Shown in pieces: positions 1 to 12,973 of a stretch of 64,000 nucleotides of DNA. Position numbers and translations under genes: made by a program. Location of the stretch: contig CBFFRP010000148.1 of assembly GCA_965644295.1 (NCBI GenBank), forward strand, positions 81,342-145,341, in the 5' to 3' direction. The first letter of the stretch is position 1; every line of letters begins with the position of its first letter. Below the pieces are notes generated by a model. It was not told where the DNA came from, did not search any database, and saw only the letters and a list, made by a program, of their open reading frames with translations. Source of the DNA: Paraphysomonas bandaiensis (lineage: Eukaryota; Protista; Chrysophyceae).

Positions 1-992
1 TGCGGATCAAACTCCGAGGGAGGCAGGCGTATCCGCAGACTATTATATGTAAACAATGAAGATTAGAAAAATAAAAATGCACCCTTAATACACACCCGTC
101 TTTGTGTTTCACGAATTGTTCGTGAGATATCTTAGACATCTGAATCTTTTCGGCCTTTTCCTCTCTCAACTTTTCGGCCTTCTTGTCTTCATCATCTTCG
201 ACCCATTGCTTAAGGCGCTTCACGCTCAGACTAGTGAGGCAACTCCTCTCGGCAGCACTAGCCACAGCATCCGGATCCGTCATCACCTGATTCTTTCCAG
301 CGGCTGTCTTTAAAGCCCGCTGCTGTGCACGGGAAACAGACTCTAATACACGCAGTCGAAGTTCTTCTTTTGCTTCTCGCCATACGCGCCCGCACTCTTT
401 CATGAATACCATGTTTTGAAGACGCTGATCGTTGGTGATTGGCTTGGCCTTTTCACCAGGTTTGGGAACTCCAGGGAAGTTGTACTTCAGGGAGAGAAGC
501 GTGTAGTTCTCTGCCCCTGGAGGTTTGTCCAACATTTCCTTGAAACCGCCGGAATATTCTGCCACCTCCGCCTCTGTGAGTTCTATATTACTGAAACTGT
601 GGTTTTCCATAGCCCATCTCTGCCACGCTGCTTTCATAGTCTTCTTTTTACCCATCTTCTTACGTTCCTCTTGCGGTACCTTTATAATAACATCATTCAC
701 CATAATACTAATAATATATATGACTAACCTGTCTTGAAGGCTCTGTCTCTCCAACCATTCGATCAACTGCAGCAGCACATATAGCTGCCTCTTTAAGTGA
801 TTCCTCATCTTCTGCTCTACATGAATCAATCTTACTAAATAACTGTATTGAAAGATCATTACAAAGAATACAAAGAGATGAATTATATACCTCTAGACCC
901 TTTTCTAATAGTTCTTTCCTTAAATGCCATTGTTTTATTCTCTCAGCTCCTCTTTCCTTTAATGACGACTCATTCTGAGACATGGAAGGCAT
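1..992 (-). CDS. Hypothetical coiled-coil protein, spliced, 3' end runs off the window
   Basis: Exon from ATG ~992 to a GTTAGT donor at ~729. The next exon (from ~680) reads open to the window edge (…KRLKQWVEDDEDKKAEKLREEKAEKIQMSK…), which is probably why the ORF track omits it. No family recognised. Confidence 0.6.
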
Positions 993-1333
993 AGGGATAG
1001 TATGATTCACTTCAGGATTATAGAGATAAGTGATTTCTTTGAGAGATCGATGTTTATATCATGAGAGTAGAGGTCAGAGTGTATTGTATGGAGAGTTATG
1101 TATGATATGGCATGTAATGTATGGAATATTCAGTACCATATCAACAACTAGAAGTACATAGAGATACATATACAGCAGTGTACTGTACATACATATAGTG
1201 GATGTACTGTATACAGTGTACTTCATACACTTTTCAAAAATATGAAAGTCAGCAGTTATGAAGTGAATTATATACGGGAAGTGGAGGCTATGTACGGGTA
1301 GGGAGAAGTTTGCACGGGGAGTTATCGTCCTTT

Positions 1334-1603
1334 CATACATACATACATACATACATACATACATACATACATACATACATACATACATACATACATACAT
1401 ACATACATACATACATACATACATACATACATACATACATACATACATACATACATACATACATACATACATACATACATACATACATACATACATACAT
1501 ACATACATACATACATACATACATACATACATACATACATACATACATACATACATACATACATACATACATACATACATACATACATACATACATACAT
1601 ACA
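1334..1603. repeat. (TACA)n microsatellite, about 67 perfect units
   Basis: Seen directly; it produces the spurious MYVC/HTYI ORFs. Confidence 0.98.
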
Positions 1604-1764
1604 GCAGTATCTGCAGGCATCCATACACCAGCATGTATATGTATCTCATATCTCATCATTTATCTCTCACTCCCCACAACATAACCCCGTAACACCATAA
1701 CCCAATCTCTCTCTACCAGCTCCATTATTCTATCACTATCTGTCTCATAACATATACCTAAACG

Positions 1765-4700
1765 ATGCAGATGCCTGATTGGTACGTATATATCCACACA
1801 CTATCATACATACATACATACCCATGTATACATACATACACACATATATATATATAATAGTATCATATAATACACATACATACATATATATACGTATATA
1901 CTAATCTATATTTTAGGATACCAGTATCTCGTAATTATGAGAACGAGAGCATCAGTGTGGCTCGGCAGGGTGTGGAGATCCATCCATTATTACCTCGCAG
2001 AGCTCCAAAACCAAAAGAAATAAAATCTATTAAGAAAAACACATCTTCTCATATGAAATCATCATCATCTAGTTCGAATCCATTGGATGGAAGTGATCCT
2101 TTAGGTGGAGGTTCATCGGATCCTCTTGCAGACCCACTCTCTGATCCACTATCTGGGATGTCTGTATCAGATGATCCTCTCTCTTCTATGCTAGGGTCAG
2201 ACGCAGGGTCCAAGCTTGAGCAAAGGAAACAGACTGCTTCAGAGGCTTCTCGCCAAGTAACCAAGGACTTACACACAACTCGCCTCAATACCCCATGGAG
2301 TATAATGAAGCAGCAGATATCTCGTGACTACACGGTTGTGGGAAACATAACCGTGGGTGCTTCCTCCATACGTGAGTTTGCGGGGTCAGGCGTAGAGGAT
2401 GGATCCTCCCATAGGAAAGTGGACAGGTATACGAAGCGGCTAGCCGGTCTTGAGCGTAAAGAAATATCCGACGATAAAATCGAACTGACACAGAAAGAGT
2501 ACGCGGCTCACATTCACAAATTAGAGGGGGACCTACACACCGCTTGGGCAAATGATGAGCGTGTACAGTCGCTGAAGATTGCCATTCAGATCGCCAAGCT
2601 GCTTGCTGACACTAATGTCCCTCTGTTCTACCCGTCTATATTCGTTATGGTAACAGATGTACTGGAGTGCTTCGGTGACATGGTGTTCCTTCGGTTAAAA
2701 AACAAAGCAGAGGAAGGACTTGTCGATCCCAATAAACCGACTCGAAAGAAGCCTAGACTTCCCGAGAACTTTACTGCTGCTGATGTCCCTACGGTTGCGA
2801 AAGAAACCTGCCGAAACTGGTTCTATAAGACAGCATGCATCCGAGAGCTGTTGCCCCGTATATATGTCGAAACTGCTCTGCTCAAATGTTTCCGGTTTCT
2901 TGCCGATGGAGAGAATGCTCAAATCCTGGCCCGACTTGGTTCCATTGTGAGGGGAGTGGGTGACCCACTTGTCAGTCTCTACGCCAGGGCATATGTCGTG
3001 GTAGTGGGTAACGAGATTGCACCTCACGCTTCACAGCACACTATGGGTATGGTACATGATGTTCTCTCCAGTTTTGATATGGTTGACTCAACACATCACC
3101 AACAAGAGATGAAACGCTGCAAAATATCCCGCTCTGAGTATCTACACGTGATGTCGCCGGGGCTGCAGTGGCTTCTGAAGTCTGTTGGAAAGAGTAGTAA
3201 TAAAGAAACTTTCCAAGGGCTACTACAGTTGTACCGTGAGAAATGTAACGATTCGATGGTGCTCAAGCACATAATAGATGCCTTCGATGCATCTCACTAT
3301 GCTCATGCTTCCATCGGTATGGCGACTCTCATTAGGTCTGCAGGGGTATCCTGCGTTCCAGCTGTGGATCTATACGCTGCGTTAGGTCGCCAGCTGGTAC
3401 TACACCCACCACCAGAAGAACAGAGACTACCGCTGCTTAATGATGTATGGAAAGCGGTCTCGAAGAGTGACGACATAGGAGGGTATATCCGCTGTTGTTC
3501 TGCTTGGTTGGAGGTCATTCATCGACACTACTCAGAAAGGGAGTGTCAGATCTTACTTACGGATTTAACATTGAAACTTGATGCACTTAACTCCGAGCTC
3601 AAGGAAGATGACATGCGACAATTGGAAGTTCTTCTTCGGGGCCTCATCCAGCAGGCCTCTATGTCGGGCAGTTCACTTCTTACATCCGATCACCTCCTAA
3701 AGATACTCGATTTTTTCAAGGGAAGTAAGAAGGTAGAGCTATGTAAGGACGTGCTGGACTCGTTTAAGTCCCACAAAACTACCAATGACGCAGTCCTCAT
3801 TCACACTATGTTTGATATTGGGCGAACTCTGCACGACTCAGTGGATTCCCTATCTGATGATGGCGAGAAACGACACATCGCAACGCTAATATGCGCCTTC
3901 ATAGACAAGATAGATTTTGGTAAAGATCTGGAGCAGCAGCTGAGTGTGTATGTTGAGTGCCGGTCTATTTTCTGCAATTTAGACCTTGTACAAGACAAAC
4001 TAATTATGTGCGTGTGTGCACTAACAGTAAAGGCTTATCGGTACATGCGTGGGCGTCACTCAAAAAAAACTGCCGCGTTCTCCAAGGCGTGTCTCGCATT
4101 TTGTCACATTACTACACCGTCCATATCTGATGTCCCCAGAAAATTGCAGCTCCTGCTATATTGCGCTCAAGTTTCGCTTCTGAACCAAAACCTACCACAA
4201 ACTGATACATTTCTAAAGGCTGCTATATCCCTTATCCCAGAGATGCCAACGCATGAGGAGATCGACAGCAAGCGCGTGCACACGGAAGAACGACTTTCTG
4301 TGTTCCTACGATCCCTGCTATCTCTCTTGGTGGTAGCTCCAGGGCATCCTGAGCATGGCCCTTTCTACATAGTGCAAGGGCTATTGAATGCCCTCCCTCG
4401 ATACTCTTGGCAGCCCACCACACAGCACCAGACTAAAGTATACATCGACATGTTGGCATTGTTATGCACTTTTGCGCAGCGCAGCTTTCCGTACAAAATT
4501 CCATATGTTGAGAGCAATGACAAATTATATGGAGGCACTGCGGATTATATGGCAGAGCTGGGTGAAACGATTACCCTAGTAATGCAGGAGATTGTGAAGC
4601 AGCTCTCGCAGTTAGGAGAGCGACCGGAGGCTGTGGCGAAAGCGAATCAAGCGAAACTTGTTTTGGACCTAGCGAGTACTATATGCTGTCGAATGGAGAT

Positions 4701-4884
4701 GACACCCGAAGTTGCCTCGTTTGTTGTGAAACTACTGGAACTTGCAAAACGCAACAAAGGAGCGTTTACGCGTAGCGACCTGAAGTACATGACCGCCGCC
4801 CTTGATGATATGAGGCGCAGGGTAGACAGCTCTGCTGGTGCCTCTGTGCTTAACCCTGCGATACGAGCCCTTCTACAGGAGTAA
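1765..4884 (+). CDS. VPS35L: VPS35 endosomal protein sorting factor-like (C16orf62 family, Retriever subunit)
   Basis: Exon 1 (1765-1781) splices to 1917, giving MQMPDWIPVSRNYENE…HPL. The protein has DPL repeats, AWANDERVQSLKIAIQIAKLL, FYPSIFVMVTD, AKETCRNWFYKTACIRELLPRIYVE, DFGKDLEQQL and ESNDKLYGG, all typical of VPS35L. Confidence 0.92.
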
Positions 4885-5548
4885 ATGGGTTGCCAATAGT
4901 GCACTGTCGTGGTTAGCTCTTGGTCCAATCCCAAGAAAGGAGTCTATATTCTGACAATGTTACGTATTGTTAGTCAGCTTGTGTTAGTAGGGCTCTTTCT
5001 TTGTGCTGTAGTAATAAAAAGTAAACCGATTAATGTGTTTTACTGGGTGTAGTTTCGTGAGATGACTTTGCTTACCTTGTATCTCACTAGAAGGAAGGCG
5101 AGGTCACCTTGCGTACGTGTAAATGAAATCCATGAAGCAAAAGTGCCTACTTCTTAATTCTGCCCTACACTATATAAAAGCTTTCGTACATCTATAAGCA
5201 TTATTGTATGAGAAACACTTTCTAAGAGACAAGGCACAATTCCATGTACTATAAATCGAAATTACATGCAGTAAATTTTATTCTGGCATGACAATCAGAA
5301 CATTTACCGTGAAGATATTTTCGTATTTTGCAGAATTAGTTATTTTCTTTTTCGACTGCACACTTACACAATTCATAATTCAAATGCCTAGCTACTTAAT
5401 TCGCGATTTTGGCGTAAAACGACACATTAGTACTGCATATATCATATATCACCACAACAATTCATACGTTAGGCCCAAGTAAACACTTTTGTTGCGCACA
5501 TATTTCCAAATATCATTACCATTATCAGTAGAATTGATATCCAATAGT

Positions 5549-7249
5549 TTAGTTGATGCGCAGTCGCCTTTGCGCATAACAAGAGCCTGGGTTGGGAGGG
5601 CTACTGCGCGCCTTATTATTGAGAACAGGGGCGGCAGCTATCCCACGTTCTGCAAGCAAGCACCTAAAAGTTTGAAGTCTGTCCTCTGCACTCTCAATGT
5701 CAGTTTGGTCTTTAGGTGACCAGAGTCTCTCTGCTACCGCAGCAGCTCGTGGCCAAATCGTCGCGTCGAGGTCGGATGGGTCCACAGTTTCTCCCCACAT
5801 GCAAGCTTCGCCACCCAGAATAAGGGTGGGATCAGAGGTTGGTGATAAGTCATCTGTAGGCTCATTGGTATACATGTCTTCCCAGGTAGTGTCCAAATGG
5901 CTAGAAAAGAGGGGTTATAAGTATGTTAGCGAACAGGTTAACGACAACTTACTCCAAGTACCAGAGAGCTTGATTTGACAAAAGGGCTTTGTAACCAGCA
6001 GTCAAAACATCATCTAGTGTACTCTTGTCTTTCCATACGTGTACCAGCGTATCATTATCAAGTGCGCTGCCAAAATGTTCGAAGACTTCCACCCACTGCA
6101 CGGGGATACGTCCCTGCTCCCGTGCAATTGAGGCTGCCCGGTCGAGGAAATACTTGTAAATGTCTTCATTACTTTCCAGGCCCTGCTTTTTGGCCCATTC
6201 CTGAATATGCTCCGAAACAGTCCAGCACGTGTAATCAACCTCATCGCCCCCAAGGTGAATCAATGAGTACGGGAACGTTCCCTCACCCGCCGCTCTTCCC
6301 GTACACTCCCCTAAAAGCCCATCAATAACATCGAATGTTAGCTCATTAGAAGGATCTAAAGGTTGTAGGCAGATGTTTGATGGACATATCTCAGGGTATC
6401 CCGCGCACCAAGAAGCAGCGTGCCCTGGAACATCGAACTCAATCATCACTCTCACCCCACGTTCCCTCCCATACTCGACAAGAGATGCGATATCATCATG
6501 TCTGTATCTCTCAACGGGTGTATAAGCACCTTTCCAGAGATCAGGGTAACTCAGTGATTGAAATGGAAAGCTCTGTGTATCCACAGCATGCCAATGAAGG
6601 ACTATATACACAAGTTATCCATATAATACACACATATCTACATCATACCATTGAATTTCGCATAAGAAAGAGCATCAATTGTTCTCTCAATCTCTGCTAT
6701 TGGCTGATAATGACGAGATGTATCAAGTAATAAGCCACGATGAGGATATCTCGGTGTATCTTGTATTGTAATTGGCACAGAGTCTATATAATACACACCC
6801 GTGTCATAGTTATACAGTATTAACTGACTGAGTGTCTCTAGACCCCTTAATGCCCCATATACAGTCTCAGCTACTAAATGAATTGTATCATTAGTTGAAA
6901 TGATTAATGAATATGATTCATTTGTATTTAATTGTGGATAGATTTCAGATTCATTATATACAGTGACCATCACCTTATTAATAAGAGGTGTCACAGTATG
7001 CTCTATATCAGAGTATGTATGTATGAATATAAGGGATGTATAGCGATCATATGCTTTTGATAGGGTCTTAATATCATCATCATCAGCAGATTGTGTAATG
7101 AAGTGAAGTTGTGAAGAGATATATATAGTAGATTGACCATATGTAATATGTGTAGGAGCAGGCCATATAGATGGGGAGATGTACTGCTGTATATCTGTAC
7201 AGGTACATACAGATAGTACGGCAGTTAATATGTAGAGGAAGTGAATCAT
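5549..7249 (-). CDS. Beta-N-acetylhexosaminidase, GH20 (3 exons, signal peptide)
   Basis: IWPAP, YGALRGLETLSQL, DTPRYPHRGLLLDTSRH, VLHWH, EFDVPGH, HLGGDEV (catalytic Asp-Glu), GGEACMWGE and WPRAAAVAERLWS. Confidence 0.95.
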
Positions 7250-7512
7250 AGGAAGAATTGTGTATGAAGTGTATCTAATTGAATGACAGGAGAGGGTGAT
7301 GTAGTGGTAGTAATGTTACACTAGATAGATATGCGGAATTATGATGGTGATCTATAGACTGTACCGCTGTATGTATCTAGATATACACTACAGCAACGAC
7401 GTAGATAGAGAACAGGAACCGGGAGTACATACAGCAGTCAGAAGATATCTAGCAGATGACAAGGTACAGTATGTAGTGTACTGTACTACACTGCTGTATG
7501 CTGTACGTATGT

Positions 7513-7576
7513 TGTATGTATGTATGTATGTATGTATGTATGTATGTATGTATGTATGTATGTATGCATGTATGTA
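7513..7576. repeat. (TGTA)n microsatellite in a divergent intergenic region
   Basis: Seen directly. Confidence 0.95.
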
Positions 7577-7688
7577 CGATAATACACACCTGTATACAGC
7601 AGTACATAATAACTTAACATCATTGACATCAACATATACATACATACATATATTAATCAACACGCACAGCACTATCCACTCCCCAAAC

Positions 7689-8978
7689 ATGAAATCTCCC
7701 AACCAAACAACAGTTTTAGATAAACTTCGTTCATTTGGTTTCCGTGTCCGTCCAGAGGGAGTGGAGGGTGAGTATGAGGAGGCTTACAACAAGCTGTTAG
7801 CTATGGACTTTAGAAAGAGCAAAATACTGGATCCATTCTTTGATTCAGATCTAAATACAGCTGATAATAGGGTGATATACGGTCCTGTAGTACTTCAGAT
7901 TGTATCTGTAGCGAATATATCTCAACCTTCTAGAAGACAACATGAGGAGAGTGGTAACAGAGTATTAGTTGTGAAGATGACAGATGGTCATATGTCTGTA
8001 TATGGAGTGGAGAAAGAACATTGTTCACAGTTATCACTGAAACTAGCACCAGGAAGTAAAATATTGCTACAGGGAGAGATTAGAGTATGTCTAGGAAAGC
8101 TCCTTCTTGTCAACTCTAATGTGAAAGTGGTGGGCGGGTGTGTGCAGCATCTGCTCGAGGCATGGCAAACAAATAGGCACACCCAGCAGCATCGTGCCAA
8201 TAAAAAGAAACAGGATGGACCAACTGCTCCTCCTTCATTTGAGCTCAATATCCAAAGAGGTACTGGCCAACAGGGTAAGACTGTTAAAAAGTCAGGAGCT
8301 TATGACCCCCAGGAACCTTCACAGATGGGACCTGGAGGAGATAGTAACCGGGGGATGTCCAAAAAGAAATCTGAAAAGGATAGTAAAGGAGCTGATAAGA
8401 AAAAATCAGAGGGCGATGGTCGGGATCCTATACAAAATGATAGCAAGGGTCCTTCGAAGAAGAAACCAGAGTTACACGACGGCTCTGGAAATCCTCAGAA
8501 TAACAAAGGTGGAAGTCATGGGACTCATAAAAAGGCCGGAAGAGGGCATGATTCTCGAGGAACTCAGCGTAAGTCAGGGGAGGACAAAGGAATGGATATT
8601 TCGCGTAAGACAACAAGTGGTGCACATGACAGTAAGGGATCTTCTCAGGAAGTGTCAGGAAGAGCAGTTGATAATCGGAAGCATTCTCAGAAGAAATCAG
8701 GGGGATACGATGAGCGGGGCGGTACCCAAAACCATTCAGAGGCAGGTAAAAGCCGGGGACAGCCCAACAAAAAATCAGGGGGTAGAGGGACACAAGGACG
8801 TGGCCATACTAGTAGTTCTGGAAGAGGCAGAGGCAGGGGTGGTCATGAGCGTCCATTTCCACCCCCTCCCAACAAAACAAAGGTTCGCGGCGACAAGACG
8901 ACAACAAGTAGTGGCCGTGCTCCGCCGACAACCTTCATGTCTTCACTTATACCACCCCTCCCTCCTAGTAGTAAGTAG
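7689..8978 (+). CDS. RMI1-N OB-fold / TDRD3-like protein with a Gly/Lys/Arg-rich disordered tail
   Basis: GPVVLQIVSVANISQP, RVLVVKMTDG and LSLKLAPGSKILL…LLLVNSNVKVVGG match the RMI1_N OB fold. The C-terminus is RG-rich. The true start is probably ATG 7689; the ORF-track extension upstream runs through a microsatellite. Confidence 0.75.
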   Translation: MKSPNQTTVLDKLRSFGFRVRPEGVEGEYEEAYNKLLAMDFRKSKILDPFFDSDLNTADNRVIYGPVVLQIVSVANISQPSRRQHEESGNRVLVVKMTDGHMSVYGVEKEHCSQLSLKLAPGSKILLQGEIRVCLGKLLLVNSNVKVVGGCVQHLLEAWQTNRHTQQHRANKKKQDGPTAPPSFELNIQRGTGQQGKTVKKSGAYDPQEPSQMGPGGDSNRGMSKKKSEKDSKGADKKKSEGDGRDPIQNDSKGPSKKKPELHDGSGNPQNNKGGSHGTHKKAGRGHDSRGTQRKSGEDKGMDISRKTTSGAHDSKGSSQEVSGRAVDNRKHSQKKSGGYDERGGTQNHSEAGKSRGQPNKKSGGRGTQGRGHTSSSGRGRGRGGHERPFPPPPNKTKVRGDKTTTSSGRAPPTTFMSSLIPPLPPSSK

Positions 8979-9585
8979 ACAGTTTAATGCGCTTCTAATA
9001 TGATTAATGCGCTGGAAAGTATTCAAATAATAATATTTTCTCCGTAGAATATATTTAGATGCGGTTTTATCATATTTCCTACCTGTTTCCTAACCCTACC
9101 TAACCATAAAAATTGGTACACACCTATTACATTATTACCTATGTAAAAAGAATTGATACACTACGTATCAAAGAAAACGGTACATTACCAACCTATACAT
9201 TAATTAATCGTGCCGAATGTCTACTACTACAGATTTAATAACGAAATAGATCACAGCAGAATAGCTGTGCCCCACTTGATCGTCAACAGCACAATAACAA
9301 CCATACAATAAGCATCACACTTCATTAGATTAAGTGAAAGAGGATGATGAAGATGAAGAGGCAACTCGTTCACTTAAGGGAATGGAAAACGCATGAAAAT
9401 ATGACTTAGAAACTGAATAGAAAATAATTTAATTCGAAAAAAACTGAGTCCTATGCATCAGGTAGTGATGCAACCTGTTCTTGTTGTGGTTGCATTTTAT
9501 GATTGATAAGATACGAGTGTTGCCTGGTACCTGGTAACGGTATGTGATACTAATAAAACCGGTGTTATCTCCAAATATGGGGGTT

Positions 9586-9945
9586 AGTACTATACGAGAA
9601 ATAAGCTGCTGTAGTTTAGAACTTTTGATTTATATATTCAAGTGACTAATACAGTAGATAAATTCTACTTTTTGTAACGCTATCGGCGAACCCGCACTTA
9701 ACTGGGGTAAGTCATCAGACATACTCACACCAGGGCTGCGTATCTGCATAATATCAATAAACTGCTAATTAATTGATGCAGATCGTAGTCAATTATGATT
9801 GCAAACTATTACTTGCTGTCCCATTCAGTTGCAATTAATTGAAAATTATTAAATTGATACATAGTCTTGATACACACTGTGTATTCGATAGAAATCGCTG
9901 CTTTTTATAAAAGTTCCTATATATGACACTAGAATTCAGAGGTCG
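9586..9945 (+). repeat. Dispersed ~350-bp repeat containing a CAGGGCTGCG hAT-like terminus; homologous to the 3' flank of the Mug135-like genes
   Basis: Aligns by eye to ~27517-27845 (same strand) and to the reverse complement of ~53310-53635, 58087-58412 and 62822-63147. Confidence 0.85.
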
Positions 9946-10400
9946 TATGGGACTTAATCAAGTATTAGTTAGGTACCCGCCCGGCCCCCACCCGGCAGTA
10001 CGCGCTCAGAATGGAAGCATATTGGAGTACTCGACCTTGGCAGACCTAGTTCTGTTGCGCAGTCTTGTTCTCCTCAATCAGATGTCGCCTCTCTTGTACC
10101 ATCACACTTCCTCTTGACCCTGTTGCTGGACACAATGGAGCACCCTCATATCCCACTGATGTCCAGCTATACACTCTCTTCCATATGCTCAAGGCAGCAA
10201 ACGAGCAAATTCCGACGCTTCTTCACAGTAGGCCATAACCTTTTGCAAGACCTTCATCCGCATACCTCCGAGCCAGTTGGCACAATGTCTAAGGGAAGGC
10301 CACCAGACTAAACCGGTATACACCAACTAACTTTGTCCGTCATTACTATTCTATCTATACTATCATTAACAACTTCTTCAAAACTGCAGGTACTGTCAAT

Positions 10401-11927
10401 TTAGCACTTGCCTTCATTGCATAGACGACTAATCAACTCTAAAATATCTGTAGGAATAGGGGCACATAAACGCACTGCACAGCCATTGACATCCACAAAC
10501 TCTAAGCGATAAGAGTGGAGCATTAATCTATTCATTGCGGTGGAATCATTACATCTAAACTTCCCACTCCTCCCATATTTCACATCGCCAACAAGTGGAT
10601 AGCCTGCATGCGCAATATGAGCTCTAATCTGATGTGTACGACCAGTCAGCGGCTTGAAAAGAACCAGACTGTAATTGCTTCTCCTGTCTGTTTGCGGATT
10701 TTCATCTCCACAAAAAACATAAATGCAAATATACTTCGTTACACTGGGCTTCCCTGTGTGGTGGGGAAATGACTTCAGAGTATCGCCCCCACATGCTTAA
10801 GCTTTACATCTATTGTACGAATGGCTCATCCTTCGACATTGCCATATACAACGCAAAAGTAATCCACGATTTTTGAATAGCGAAGTCAAATGTGTTTCAG
10901 AGGAGGGCGACAATGGGAGAACAGCGGCACCACTGGTGGGTTGGTCTAACCTGCTCACACTGCGAATTATGTACTGCCCAGAAAGTGAGTCTTCAGGGAA
11001 TAACTGTAGATTATGCTGAGCAAAAGAGACGAGCTTTTCAATTCGTAATCCCGACGGCTTATTGACCACTGAATAACTGCCTGGCTCAACCGCGAGAAAC
11101 TAAAGTTCCGTAATATCACTAAAAACGCGTCCGTTGACGTTATCCACTGCTAATATGTCATATTTTCTCTGGTCTATGAATACTACACCCTCGCTACAGC
11201 ACTGTGAGTCATCAAAAAGTTGAGAGTACGTGGGACATGTAGGTAGAGCATCAAATACACTAACGCAACGACCATGCAGTGCAGCACACGACCTAATAGA
11301 ATCATTGTTCCGGATGCGACTAAGTGACACTCTTCCACGTTTACAGAGTAAGGGTATATGAAGCATCAGACAGTCCAACAGATCAGTAGGTAGTGCCAAG
11401 CAGGAATTTGGAGTATTCGAGAGGGGTGAAGGGACAGCTGGTAGAACGACCTTTATGTTTCTAAGTGAATGTGCTGTGTACACGCCTTTCTCGGGGGCAG
11501 GGTGGACTACACTTATCGCACTGGGCCCGTGATGGAGGAGAGGACAAGTAGTTCCCGCGAAGCAGGTGCCCACCACTGCGGAGCCCCATACTTGTATCGC
11601 CGATTATACGGGAGGTGAATTGTTGGCATTTCCCTTAAAATAGCCCCGCAATGCTTTCACCACACGATTACGAGATGTAATTTGTGATAAGGGTATTGTA
11701 TCGATAGAATAATTACAGACTTTCATTCTAAAGTTGTTTAGTTCCCATACAATAGACGATACTACATCGGATACCAACTTACAGGACCACTGTGACAACA
11801 ATTTATTATCACTACTTATGCAATTTTCCTTCTTGTGCATTCGTATATGTCTAAATAGCTCCTTACAACTGCAAAAACAAGCTGAACAATAGTTGAAAAT
11901 ATACTTGTTTATTGTCGTATCCGACAC
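10401..11927 (-). pseudogene. RluA-family RNA pseudouridine synthase with N-terminal C2H2/CCCH-like zinc fingers, disrupted
   Basis: [44 protein letters not shown] and [11 protein letters not shown] are present. Lesions: in-frame TAA (11604-11606), in-frame TAG (11100-11102), in-frame TGA (~10825) and frameshifts at ~10860 and ~10790. Confidence 0.8.
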
Positions 11928-12612
11928 ATGCTGGAATGTTTGTCGTCCAATTGGAAGCTAAGCTGACTTTCGTTGCGGCACAATCATTCCCATCTGTGAC
12001 TCTATATGACACGTGCCGTCCTCTTTGAGTAGATCCACTGCAATCACCACAACCAGCCGGCTGTTGTCACACTCCTGTGAAGCATCTTTACCTGACATGG
12101 TCTATGCGTGCTTATTGAGATCAAGTGCTGTGGACATCAATCGAATCCTGTCCGTGGACAAACACCATACATCACAACAGCACTGTGAATTGATATTGTA
12201 TGCACTGCTGCCTTGTGGTTTAACGTTACAGTGCATTCTAGATACGGTGAACAGCATGCACCATATGCAGAACTGTGTGCATCACAATGACATTGTATAA
12301 AAAAACAGTTTGGGTAGAAAACACCAGATATTTTGTATAAACCTCAGTTTTTGAATATTAAAACCAATGGTTTTATACTCAAAAACTATGGAATGTATGC
12401 TTAAAATACCATAGCAGGGTACTCCTACTGCTGTCCTTAAGGCTGGTGAGAGCGCCATGTCATCACATGATATGAAGGCGTTGTCATCTCTTGACTAAAC
12501 AACACAGTTGTAGCTCCATAATGATTGTTAAGATTATAGAAATTTAGATTCTCCTATACTCTGTATGCGTTCAAAGAGTTTGATTGAGTAACTTGTAGGT
12601 ACTTTGGAAGTG

Positions 12613-12685
12613 GTCTTCACAGACAGTCTTCACAGACAGCCTTCACAGACAGTCTACACAGACAGTCTTCACAGACAGTCTTCAC
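12613..12685. repeat. 13-bp minisatellite (GTCTTCACAGACA), about 5.6 copies
   Basis: Seen directly, ~290 bp upstream of the IP3R-like start codon. Confidence 0.9.
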
Positions 12686-12973
12686 CAAACTGATAATGTA
12701 AGATAGAAAACATTTCCATCATTACAATGTCTGTATATACATCCAACAGGAAGGGGCGATGTATGTATATACAAACTATACAAACTAAAAAACTGAATAT
12801 TTTGACCTTTAAAGATTCATCAAAAGGGACTTATTTCAAAAAGTTCCAAATTAGGACAAATAGATTCGTTACTTCAAATATATGCATGATCTCATGCTAT
12901 CAATAGAATGTAGAGCGATAACCTGCATACATTCGACTTTGATAGACATTGATATCAACTACTTCTTTGAATA

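Noticed and set aside
1074-1684. MYVC/HTYI repeat ORFs, also at 34902-35599 and in the 5' extension of 7341-8978
   Set aside because: They are translations of (TACA)n microsatellites.
10401-11927. Stop-codon reassignment or readthrough suggested by in-frame TAA, TAG and TGA in the RluA gene
   Set aside because: Frameshifts are also present and neighbouring genes end normally in all three stop codons, so this is a pseudogene.
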